Assembly (NCBI GenBank): GCA_043811535.1
Contig: JBDRNC010000035.1
Span: forward strand, 32,001 to 96,000
Length of the DNA: 64,000 nucleotides
Direction: 5' to 3'
DNA from: Elusimicrobiota bacterium
GTDB taxonomy: Bacteria > Elusimicrobiota > Endomicrobiia > Endomicrobiales > JBDRNC01
Part shown: one piece after another, positions 49,200 through 58,059 of the stretch
Layout: the number at the start of each line of letters is the position of its first letter
How positions within the stretch are numbered: the first letter of the stretch is position 1
Program-made: the position numbers and the translations under genes
Notes under the pieces: generated by a model
What the model was told of the DNA's origin: nothing
What the model saw: the letters and a program-made list of their open reading frames with translations, nothing else
Database searches by the model: none

Positions 49200-50591
49200 A
49201 TGACAACAGTGGCGCTTATCAATCCCGGGACACAAAGCTGGGCTTCGATCCATCCGCCTTTCAATCTTGGCTATCTGGCCGCTTTTCTGGAAAAGAACGG
49301 CGTAAAATGCCATATAATAGACGAACTTGCCGGCCAGAATGTCGCGAAAATGCTCAAACAAATAAAGCCGGATATAGTCGGGATTACAGCGACGACCGTA
49401 GTGGCCCCTTCCGCGTACCGCGCAGTCAGGATCGCGAAGGAAATGGGCATTTTAACCGTCATGGGCGGAGTTCATGCCTCGATCCTTTCCGATGAGGCGC
49501 TCAATAATGGCGCCGATATCGTAGTGATAGGAGAAGGCGAGCAGGCAATGCTCGATATAGTGAACGGCAGGAGAGACAGGATCATAAAAAATGATTTTGT
49601 GAAGAACATTGATGATCTGCCAACACCTCCATGGCGCTTGATGGACATGGATTTCTACCTCGCGACGAAAGACAGGGTCCCGAGAAGCCATATCAATCTT
49701 CCGATCCCGCCCGGGACAAAGATAGGGGCGCTTATAACATCGCGCGGCTGCCCGTACCAATGTATTTTTTGCTACAACAGCTGGCGCAATACGCCCTTAA
49801 GGTTCAATAGCGCGGAGCGCGTCATTGCCGACATAGAAAATCTAATCAAAGATTACGGCATCAAGGCGCTTTTTTTCATTGACGACAACCTTCTCGCGAA
49901 CAAGCAAAGACTGAAGACGATATGCGAAGCCATGATCCGGAAAAATATGAATCTTATCTGGGGATGCCAGGCAACGGCTAACTATGTTGATGTTGAAACG
50001 CTTAAAATGATGAAAGAGGCCGGATGCCGCCAGATATGCTTCGGTTTTGAGAGCGGCTCGCAGAAGATACTGGACATACTTAAGAAGAAGTCCCAGGCAA
50101 TCGGGCAGAATAAGCGAGCGGTTGATGTCTGCAATGAAGCCGGCATGCCGTTCTCGGCCACATTCATGATAGGTAATCCGGAAGAAACTATCGGCGATAT
50201 AAAAGAAACTTTCAATTTCATCCGAGATAATAAGCTGAAGAAAGCCAGTATACTTATCGCGACTCCGTTTCCCGGCACCGAACTTTGGGCCTGGTGCAAA
50301 TCTAAAAAACTGATACCGGACAAGGTTGACTGGGCAAAGTTCAGCACCGGCGAGATATCTATTCCGTGCAACGACACCATCCCGCCGAAGGTAATCCAAA
50401 AACTCAGGGATGAGATACAGAATTATTTTGAGCCGATGTCGCTTAAAGAAATACTCTTTTATCTTCCCAAGAGGCCCGATATAATTCTCAGAGCCCTCAA
50501 GAACCCTAAAGCCGCTCTGTCATTTGTATTTAAAAAGAAAACGAACATAGAACTCACTACGGACGAGATGTTTGAGAGGATGTTAAAGTAA
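49200..50591 (+). CDS. Cobalamin-binding radical SAM enzyme
   Basis: PPFNLGYLAA, MGGVHAS, GEGE, TSRGCPYQCIFC, IDDNL, FGFESGSQ, TPFPGT. Confidence 0.9.
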   Translation: MTTVALINPGTQSWASIHPPFNLGYLAAFLEKNGVKCHIIDELAGQNVAKMLKQIKPDIVGITATTVVAPSAYRAVRIAKEMGILTVMGGVHASILSDEALNNGADIVVIGEGEQAMLDIVNGRRDRIIKNDFVKNIDDLPTPPWRLMDMDFYLATKDRVPRSHINLPIPPGTKIGALITSRGCPYQCIFCYNSWRNTPLRFNSAERVIADIENLIKDYGIKALFFIDDNLLANKQRLKTICEAMIRKNMNLIWGCQATANYVDVETLKMMKEAGCRQICFGFESGSQKILDILKKKSQAIGQNKRAVDVCNEAGMPFSATFMIGNPEETIGDIKETFNFIRDNKLKKASILIATPFPGTELWAWCKSKKLIPDKVDWAKFSTGEISIPCNDTIPPKVIQKLRDEIQNYFEPMSLKEILFYLPKRPDIILRALKNPKAALSFVFKKKTNIELTTDEMFERMLK

Positions 50592-50592
50592 A

Positions 50593-51954
50593 ATGACAAA
50601 AGTAGCTTTGATAAATCCAGGCATTTCATCAAGGTTTGCGGTCCAGGAACCGCTGAATCTGGGATACATAGCCGCGTATCTTGAAAAGAACGGCATTGAT
50701 GTCCGTGTCTTCGATCAGCTGGGCGGGGACGACGTGCGTTCTTGCATAGACGCATTTAAACCGGATGTGGCCGGAATTACCAGTACGACACCCGTAATAT
50801 ATGAAGCTTACGGAATAGCGGACTATTGCCGGTCAAAAGGAATTAAAACAGTCCTGGGCGGCGTTCATCCGTGGATCTTCCCGGAAGAGGCCCTGAAACA
50901 CTGCGATATCGTCGTGCGCGGCGAAGGGGAAAAGGTGATGCTGGATATTGTCAGCGGAAAGGCCGCCGGTCCCGTGATCGACGCCGGCTATATTCAAAAT
51001 ATCGAGGATCTTCCGTCGCCGGCCAGGCACCTGATGAAAATGGACAGGTATCTCTACTGCAAGAAATATTCTCCGTTTATACTGCACCTGCCTTACGTGC
51101 CCGCCGATAAAAAGATCGTTCATATACTGACCAGCAGGGGCTGCCCTCACTCGGAATGCATATTCTGCCACAATACGTTCAAGAAGTTCCCTTACAGGGC
51201 GAACAGCGCTGAAAAGGTCATCGGCGAGATCAAGCAGCTTGTCAAAGATTACGGCATAGAAGCGGTATATTTTGTGGAAGATGATTTTTGGGCCGACATC
51301 GGCCGCGTGATAAGCATATCCGAGTTAATGATAAAAGAGAATTTGGATCATATTGTTTGGGGCGGGAGCGCCAGAGTCGATCAGTTAGTGGCTAGCGACC
51401 AGAAAGTGCTTGAACTTGCCCACAGGGCAGGATGTCGTTCATTGTCCATCGGATTCGAAAGCGGTTCTCCCAGGATACTTGAGGTCCTGAAAAAAGGTTT
51501 TACGCTTGAAGATGCCAAGGCTGCCATCGCAAAAGTGAGAAAAGCCGGCATCATAGCGCACGGCAATATCATAGTGGGAACTCCCACCGAAACGATAGAG
51601 GACGTGAATCTCTCAAAGAAATTCATCCGCGAAACCGATCTCTTATATCCGGAGGTGTATATTTTTACGCCGTATCCCGGAAATCCGATCTGGTGCAGGC
51701 TGCTTGACGAAAATAAGGTAAGCAAGGATTTTGACTGGAGACAGTTCACTCAGGAAGAATCGATCATCAATCTTTCAGAGATTCCGACCAGTATGCTGAA
51801 CCGCCTCAGGGCGGAGATGTATATTCTTTATTATCTCACGCATCCGAAATACGCCCTGGAATTTATTTTTAACACTCTCAGGCATCCGATAGCGACTCTG
51901 GATAAGGTCTACCACACTTTACTGCCCGTATTCCGCGGGAAAGGGAAAAAATAA
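50593..51954 (+). CDS. Cobalamin-binding radical SAM enzyme (CX4CX2C variant)
   Basis: EPLNLGYIAA, LGGVHP, GEGE, TSRGCPHSECIFC, VEDDF, IGFESGS, TPYPG. Confidence 0.9.
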   Translation: MTKVALINPGISSRFAVQEPLNLGYIAAYLEKNGIDVRVFDQLGGDDVRSCIDAFKPDVAGITSTTPVIYEAYGIADYCRSKGIKTVLGGVHPWIFPEEALKHCDIVVRGEGEKVMLDIVSGKAAGPVIDAGYIQNIEDLPSPARHLMKMDRYLYCKKYSPFILHLPYVPADKKIVHILTSRGCPHSECIFCHNTFKKFPYRANSAEKVIGEIKQLVKDYGIEAVYFVEDDFWADIGRVISISELMIKENLDHIVWGGSARVDQLVASDQKVLELAHRAGCRSLSIGFESGSPRILEVLKKGFTLEDAKAAIAKVRKAGIIAHGNIIVGTPTETIEDVNLSKKFIRETDLLYPEVYIFTPYPGNPIWCRLLDENKVSKDFDWRQFTQEESIINLSEIPTSMLNRLRAEMYILYYLTHPKYALEFIFNTLRHPIATLDKVYHTLLPVFRGKGKK

Positions 51955-54233
51955 TGGCAAAAAAGCAAATTGAAAAAAAACCCGCACCGGCGGAGGACAA
52001 GCTTTCCGCCTACAGTCCCATTTTGCTTGTCCTTCCGTTGATATGGGGCGGAATTGTCCTGTACAATAACCTGAAAGTCTATCCTGTTAATCCGAACTTC
52101 ATTGGAAATTTCCTGTCTTCAGACCCGGAATTCGGTATAGCCAGCTTTTTCTACCTGTTCAGTTATTTCAAGGAAATCGGCGTTGCGGCGCTGATGCTTG
52201 TCTCGGCATACGGCATAGGGCGTTTTATAGCCGGCGCCTTCAAACTGGTCTTCGACCCCGCCGAAGAATTTGTTTTCTCGTCAGCGATAGGCCTTACCGC
52301 CGTGATATATTTCACTTTGCTATGCGGCAGTCTGAGCCTGCTTTACAAACTTCCCTTGGCGGCGCTGCTGCTAGCGGGCTTGTTCGCTGCTTTCCGCGAG
52401 TTTATGGCAAATAAGGCCAAATTCAAGCTGAATTTATCTCTTTCCAAAACAAGTTTTCTGGTAAAAATCCTGGGTCTTATAGCTTTTGTCGTTTTTCTGT
52501 TCGTGCTGATCGGGGCGCTGTCTCCCGAGACATTTTATGATTCCATGAAATACCATCTCGGCGTACCGAAATACTGGCTTATGCATAACAACACGCATCC
52601 GATACAGAATTTTGAGTACTCGTACTATCCGGTGAACATCCACCTCCTTTACACGGTGGCTCTTATGTTCGGGAATGAGATCACGGCGAAAATGATCCAC
52701 TTTATGTTCGGAGCGCTTACTTCCCTCCTGATATACCAGTGGTGCAAGAAGAATTTTACGAAAGAGACGGGAGTAGCCTCGGTATTCATCTTTGTAACCA
52801 TTCCTCTAGTTCCTGTTGTAATGTGGAAAACTTCCATAGAACTCGGGTTGGCCTTTTTTGAGACGCTGGCCGCGCTGTCTTTCGTGTATTACCTGACATG
52901 CGCAGAAGGCGAGAAAAAACAGTGGATGATTCTGGCAGCGGTATTTTGCGGAACGGCTATGGGCGGGAAATACCTGAGCATTTATTCGCTGATAAGCATA
53001 TCAGCCGTTTTTATCATATACCAGGCGGTAAAAAAGGCCGATATAAAAAAAATAATATTAAACACCGGCATCCTGGCGACGCTGGCGATAATCTTCGTTC
53101 TTCCCTATTTAATCAGGAATTACGTATCGACCGGCGTGATGACATATCCTTATCAGTTCAGCTTCAAGTCCGATGTCACAGCCTTGATGAGGGAAAAACC
53201 GCTGCTGCTCGCCGACCCCGGAATACCCGACAGGAGTTTTAAGTATTTTTCCACGCTTCCGTGGGAAATAGCGATGGGGCGCAAGACGCAAGAGCCGTTT
53301 TCCGGTGCGATACTGCTGCTTTGCCTTCCGTTGCCCTTTCTGTTCAGGAAAACGGACAAAAAGATCAAACTGCTGGCGTACTACTGCCTCGCGTATTATC
53401 TTTGCTGGTTCCTTGTCAGGACGTATTTTAGGTATCTGGTGCCGCTGACGCCAACGCTGGGCATCGTGTTCGCGTATTATATAATCGCCGGTATTTCAAG
53501 GAGTAAATTCGCGAAGAGCCTGTTCATGGTAATGCTGCTGATACTCGGATTGTCCAGCCTGACGTTCACGACTCAGATACTTCGCGGCAGCATGGATCCG
53601 CTAAGAGTGGTTTTCGGCCACCAGTCAAAGAGGGATTATCTTTTCACGCAAAGGCAGAGTTATCCTTCCCCGTATTACGGCGTGATTGATTGGGCCAACA
53701 ACAACCTGCCCAAGGACTCGACCATTTTGTTTTTGGGCGAGTGCCGCGGATTTCATTCCGAAAGGAAATTCATCACCTATACGCTGAGCGATTACTGCCC
53801 GCTTATCCAATGGACAGACAAGTGCAGAAATGCGGATGACCTCTACGCGGTGACGAAGGAGAAAGGCGTGACGCATATACTTCTTAACATGTCCGAAGGG
53901 ACCAGGCTGGCGGTGTACGACGGCCTGCATTTTGAGGCCGGCGAGCTCAGGATATTCGCCCAGTTTTGGCAAAAGTACGTTAAGGAAATATACAGGGACA
54001 TCGGAGATATTTCTATTCCCCAGCAGGGGATATCTTCGATGAAAACCCAGCAGCCCGAATGGTGGGCGGGTTATTCATCCAACCCGAACAATTACGTTTA
54101 CCTGTACGAGATAATGACTGTTGAAGATGCGGTAAAGCCGCATCAGCCCCCCAGGAATTTCTTCCTTGAGCCGCAGCTTTACTCCAAAGAACGCTGGCTG
54201 AAGATTCAAGAGGGTTGGAATACCAGCAAGTGA
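51954..54233 (+). CDS. Large polytopic GT-C-like (ArnT/PMT-like) membrane glycosyltransferase
   Basis: Many TM helices; PETFYDSMKYHL.VPK loop motif, RYLVP motif, soluble C-terminal domain (EKGVTHILL). Confidence 0.7.
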   Translation: MAKKQIEKKPAPAEDKLSAYSPILLVLPLIWGGIVLYNNLKVYPVNPNFIGNFLSSDPEFGIASFFYLFSYFKEIGVAALMLVSAYGIGRFIAGAFKLVFDPAEEFVFSSAIGLTAVIYFTLLCGSLSLLYKLPLAALLLAGLFAAFREFMANKAKFKLNLSLSKTSFLVKILGLIAFVVFLFVLIGALSPETFYDSMKYHLGVPKYWLMHNNTHPIQNFEYSYYPVNIHLLYTVALMFGNEITAKMIHFMFGALTSLLIYQWCKKNFTKETGVASVFIFVTIPLVPVVMWKTSIELGLAFFETLAALSFVYYLTCAEGEKKQWMILAAVFCGTAMGGKYLSIYSLISISAVFIIYQAVKKADIKKIILNTGILATLAIIFVLPYLIRNYVSTGVMTYPYQFSFKSDVTALMREKPLLLADPGIPDRSFKYFSTLPWEIAMGRKTQEPFSGAILLLCLPLPFLFRKTDKKIKLLAYYCLAYYLCWFLVRTYFRYLVPLTPTLGIVFAYYIIAGISRSKFAKSLFMVMLLILGLSSLTFTTQILRGSMDPLRVVFGHQSKRDYLFTQRQSYPSPYYGVIDWANNNLPKDSTILFLGECRGFHSERKFITYTLSDYCPLIQWTDKCRNADDLYAVTKEKGVTHILLNMSEGTRLAVYDGLHFEAGELRIFAQFWQKYVKEIYRDIGDISIPQQGISSMKTQQPEWWAGYSSNPNNYVYLYEIMTVEDAVKPHQPPRNFFLEPQLYSKERWLKIQEGWNTSK

Positions 54234-54278
54234 AGCTTCTATAATCCGTCCTGTTTCAAACCTCCTTTTCGCAGGCAC

Positions 54279-54307
54279 TTGACATAAAAGGAAATAGGTG
54301 TTATAAT
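54279..54307 (+). promoter_or_regulatory. Consensus sigma70 promoter of the hrcA-grpE-dnaK-dnaJ operon
   Basis: TTGACA (54279)-17 bp-TATAAT (54302) with extended -10 TG. Confidence 0.9.
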
Positions 54308-54308
54308 G

Positions 54309-54335
54309 TTAGCACTTGGGGTAAAAGAGTGCTAA
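54309..54335. promoter_or_regulatory. CIRCE element (HrcA operator)
   Basis: TTAGCACTT-N9-GAGTGCTAA; one mismatch to TTAGCACTC-N9-GAGTGCTAA; upstream of hrcA. Confidence 0.95.
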
Positions 54336-54350
54336 TTAATAAAATATGCA

Positions 54351-54526
54351 GTATTGATCCCGCCTTTGGCGGGATTTCACATGCGGCAATTCAATAGCAA
54401 CACTTAAGGCAGGTGTCAATCCCGATTCGCGAAGTAGATCCCGATGTTGGGACTTCTCGGGCTTTCATACCCTAAAGGGTACTTCGATAAAGTAAATGAT
54501 AGTTGGTCGCATAAGGCAATCCAAGG
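54351..54526 (+). repeat. Hairpin-module repeat cluster in the hrcA leader
   Basis: ATCCCGCC ttt GGCGGGAT-TTCACATGCGGCAATTCAATAGCAACACTTAAG, then GTGTCAATCCC..TACCC taaa GGGTACTTCGAT..GTTGGTCGCATAAGGCAAT, homologous to 46349-46430. Confidence 0.8.
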
Positions 54527-54533
54527 TAAAAAT

Positions 54534-55577
54534 ATGCGTCAAGTGGACCCGAAAGTATTAGAGGACAGAAAGAAAAAGATACTTCAAGCCGTCATACACC
54601 ATTATATAAAGACGGCCAAGCCGGTGGGATCCAATATACTGACCGAAGAATATAAATTTGACCTCTCTCCCGCTACGATAAGGAACTTCATGGCGGAGCT
54701 GGAAAATGACGGCTACCTGACCCACCCGCACACCTCAGCGGGAAGAGTCCCGACAGACAAGGGTTACCGCTCTTATGTTGACTCGCTTATTGAGATTCAG
54801 ATGATGATACTGGAAGAGGAAGACCGCGTAAGGCATGAATACACGGTTAGGGTAAAGGAGTTTGAGGAACTGCTTACGCAAACATCAAAAGTGCTTTCCG
54901 GGCTGTCGCATTATACCGGCTTTGTGCTGACCCCGAAGATTGAGAGCAACCAGCTGAAACGCCTTGAACTCGTGCAGGTTTCCGAAGACAAGATACTGGC
55001 AATATTGATAACGCACACCGGCCTTATCAAGCACCGCCTCATAGAGGCGAAGATACCTAAGGAAAGACTGTTGACGCTCTCGAATATGTTGAACGACAAG
55101 CTGCACGGGCTCAATCTTTCCGAGGCCAAACAGAGCATATACGACTACATAGACGAGATAGACCGCGAGGATAGGGAAATAATCAGCCTAGCAAAAAGTC
55201 TGGGCCCTAAGATATTCGATATTGAAGACCATGTATATATGGAAGGGACTTCCAATGTCCTGAGCCTTCCCGAGTTCAAGGATTTCGAGTCGATGAGGTG
55301 CCTGCTCAGGCTCAGCGAAGAAAGGGAACTGCTTCTGCGGGCGCTGGACAAGGGCATCAGCTCTGATAAAGGCGTGAAAGTGCTCATAGGTTCTGAAACC
55401 GACTGCAAGGAACTCAAGCACATGAGCGTGGTCAGTTCGATATACAAAGACGGGGAAAAACCTATCGGAATACTGGGCATTATCGGCCCCAAGAGAATGG
55501 AGTACCCCCGCATGATGGCCCTAGTCAGCGCGGTTTCAAAGATAGTCAATAAACTGCTTGTAAAAATAGGAGGTTGA
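54534..55577 (+). CDS. hrcA: Heat-inducible transcription repressor
   Basis: IL.AVIHHYIKTAKPVGS, SPATIRN.MAELE..GYLTHPHTSAGRVPTDKGYR, GIIGPKRMEY; start at ATG 54534. Confidence 0.97.
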   Translation: MRQVDPKVLEDRKKKILQAVIHHYIKTAKPVGSNILTEEYKFDLSPATIRNFMAELENDGYLTHPHTSAGRVPTDKGYRSYVDSLIEIQMMILEEEDRVRHEYTVRVKEFEELLTQTSKVLSGLSHYTGFVLTPKIESNQLKRLELVQVSEDKILAILITHTGLIKHRLIEAKIPKERLLTLSNMLNDKLHGLNLSEAKQSIYDYIDEIDREDREIISLAKSLGPKIFDIEDHVYMEGTSNVLSLPEFKDFESMRCLLRLSEERELLLRALDKGISSDKGVKVLIGSETDCKELKHMSVVSSIYKDGEKPIGILGIIGPKRMEYPRMMALVSAVSKIVNKLLVKIGG

Positions 55578-55578
55578 A

Positions 55579-56136
55579 TTGTTTGACAGCAAGGACAAGG
55601 AGATAAACTCAATATACGAGGCCGCCAGGGACGAAAAGATGGGAGAGCTTGAGATTCTTAAGCAATCCCTGGAAGAAAAAAAGAAACTGGCCGAAGAGTA
55701 CTACAACCAGCTTTTAAGGCTCAAGGCCGATTTTGAAAATTTCAGGAAGCGCACTGAAAAAGAAAAACAGAGCCATCTGAATTGGGGCAAGGAAGAGATA
55801 CTTCTCAAGCAGATAGACCTTCTTGACGTCCTTGACCAGGCAGTAGAGAGCATAAAAAGCAGCGATAACATAGAGAGTATCAAGCAGGGACTGACGCTGA
55901 TGCAGCAGGAATTCGTCAAAATGCTTTCCAGCGAAGGCGTGAAAGAGGTGGGGGTGAGCGGCGGCAGGTTCGACCCCGCGGTTTACGAAGCAATTGAAAA
56001 AGTTGAAAGCGACCAGCCGGAAGATACTGTCGTAGAGGTTGTCCGGAAGGGATATTCCTTCAACACGCGGGTTATAAGGCCTGCGAAAGTGAAGGTGTCG
56101 AAACAGAAGGAAACAAATACGGAAAACACTAATTAA
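55579..56136 (+). CDS. grpE: Nucleotide exchange factor GrpE
   Basis: LRLKADFENFRKR, FDP..YEA, KGY....RVIRPAKVKV; TTG start after GGAGG. Confidence 0.95.
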   Translation: MFDSKDKEINSIYEAARDEKMGELEILKQSLEEKKKLAEEYYNQLLRLKADFENFRKRTEKEKQSHLNWGKEEILLKQIDLLDVLDQAVESIKSSDNIESIKQGLTLMQQEFVKMLSSEGVKEVGVSGGRFDPAVYEAIEKVESDQPEDTVVEVVRKGYSFNTRVIRPAKVKVSKQKETNTENTN

Positions 56137-56158
56137 CAAAACCAGGAGGTAAATCAAC

Positions 56159-58057
56159 ATGTCAAAAATCATCGGAATTGACTTAGGGACTTCAAACTCT
56201 GCCGCCGCCGTAATGGAAGGCGGCAAAACAACTATAGTACCGTCAGCCGAAGGCACTACACTCGGAGGCAAGGCCTTCCCGTCGTACGTGGCGTTCACTA
56301 AGGACGGTCAGCTTCTCGTAGGAGAACCCGCAAGGCGCCAGGCAGTGACCAACCCCGAAGGCACGATTACCGCTTTCAAGAGAAAGATGGGCACCGACTT
56401 TAAATACCAGATCCACGGGAAGGAATTCACTCCGCAACAGTTGTCCGCGTTCATATTGCAGAAGGTTAAACGCGATGCGGAAGCTTTTCTCGGAGAACCT
56501 GTCGTCAAGGCAGTCATTACCGTGCCCGCTTACTTCAACGACAACCAGCGGCAGGCCACAAAAGACGCCGGATCTATCGCTGGCCTTGAAGTGGTCAGGC
56601 TTGTCAACGAACCGACTGCGGCTTCTCTCGCCTACGGCATAGACAAGGCAGGTAAGGAACAGAAAATTCTCGTCTTCGACCTCGGCGGCGGAACGCTCGA
56701 CGTGACGGTAATGGAGATGGGCGCCGAAGGGACTTTTGAGGTGCTTTCTACATCAGGCGACACCCAGCTCGGCGGAACCGATATGGATAACTCGCTGCTG
56801 GATTACGTCGCGGAAGATTTCCGCAAAGAGCACGGCATTGACCTCAGAAAAGACAAGATGGCTACGCAAAGGCTCAAGGAGGCCGTTGAAAAGGCAAAGA
56901 TAGAACTGTCAAATGTGCTTGAAACCGACATCAACCTGCCTTTCATAACCGCGGACGCTTCCGGACCGAAACACATGACGATGAAACTATCCCGGGCCAC
57001 GCTTGAGAACATGGTCAGGCCTATCGTGGACCGCTGCAAGACATCCATAGATCAGGCGATATTCGATTCGAAACTCTCGATGGGTGGTATTTCGAAGATA
57101 ATTCTTGTCGGCGGGCCCACCAGGATGCCGATTGTCCAGAAATTCGTTGAGGATTATGTCGGCAAGAAAGTGGAACACGGAATAGACCCGATGGAATGCG
57201 TGGCGGTAGGAGCTGGTATCCAGGCGGCAGTGCTGACCGGCGAGGTAAAAGACATACTTTTGCTGGATGTGACACCGCTCACGCTCGGCGTTGAAACGCT
57301 GGGAGGGGTCAGGACGCCTATTATAGAACGGAACACAACGATACCGGTCAAGCGCTCGCAGGTGTTTTCAACAGCGGCCGACAACCAGCCGTCGGTAGAA
57401 ATACACGTTTTGCAGGGCGAAAGGCCGATGGCCAAGGATGACGTTTCGCTGGGAAGGTTTTACCTTGACGGCATACCGCCGGCTCCCAGAGGAGTCCCGC
57501 AGGTTGAAGTCACTTACGATATAGACGCAAACGGCATACTCCACGTTATGGCCAAGGACCTCGGAACAGGAAAGGAACAGTCCATCAGGATAACGGCCCC
57601 CAACAAACTCAATAAGGATGACGTAGAAAAGTTTGTAAAGCAGGCGGAGCAATACGCCGCTGAAGATAAGACAAGGAAAGAGGAAGTCGAAGTCAAAAAT
57701 GAAACGGACAACCTCGTTTACGCGACCGAAAAAGGCCTGAAGGAACACGGCGATAAGATAACGGCAAACGAACGGCTTGATCTAGAGCGAGCTCTTACCG
57801 AAACGAAAGAAACCCTCAAGGGCAGCGACATTGAAGCAATCAAGAGAGCTAAGGATAGTCTTACGACGGTTTCGCATAAGCTTGCGGAGACCATATACAG
57901 GGAAGCTCAGAAAAAAGCCGCGCAGAGCGCGCAAGGCGGTCCCGGTCAGGAAGCGGCAGGCCCTGCCGGCCAGCAGGAACAGCAGCAGGAGCCGAAACCG
58001 GAAGCGGGACAGGACGGGAAGGTAGTTGACGCAGAAGTTGTGGACGAAAATAAGTAA
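56159..58057 (+). CDS. dnaK: Chaperone DnaK (Hsp70)
   Basis: [42 protein letters not shown]. Confidence 0.98.
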   Translation: MSKIIGIDLGTSNSAAAVMEGGKTTIVPSAEGTTLGGKAFPSYVAFTKDGQLLVGEPARRQAVTNPEGTITAFKRKMGTDFKYQIHGKEFTPQQLSAFILQKVKRDAEAFLGEPVVKAVITVPAYFNDNQRQATKDAGSIAGLEVVRLVNEPTAASLAYGIDKAGKEQKILVFDLGGGTLDVTVMEMGAEGTFEVLSTSGDTQLGGTDMDNSLLDYVAEDFRKEHGIDLRKDKMATQRLKEAVEKAKIELSNVLETDINLPFITADASGPKHMTMKLSRATLENMVRPIVDRCKTSIDQAIFDSKLSMGGISKIILVGGPTRMPIVQKFVEDYVGKKVEHGIDPMECVAVGAGIQAAVLTGEVKDILLLDVTPLTLGVETLGGVRTPIIERNTTIPVKRSQVFSTAADNQPSVEIHVLQGERPMAKDDVSLGRFYLDGIPPAPRGVPQVEVTYDIDANGILHVMAKDLGTGKEQSIRITAPNKLNKDDVEKFVKQAEQYAAEDKTRKEEVEVKNETDNLVYATEKGLKEHGDKITANERLDLERALTETKETLKGSDIEAIKRAKDSLTTVSHKLAETIYREAQKKAAQSAQGGPGQEAAGPAGQQEQQQEPKPEAGQDGKVVDAEVVDENK

Positions 58058-58059
58058 AA

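Noticed and set aside
32770..54233. RiPP, phosphonate or carbapenem cluster interpretation of the radical SAM block
   Set aside because: No precursor peptide, peptidase, PEP mutase or CarA/CarB-like genes; the companions are glycosyltransferases
54444..54533. 30-aa N-terminal extension of HrcA in the ORF track
   Set aside because: It lies within repeat DNA; HrcA similarity begins after ATG 54534
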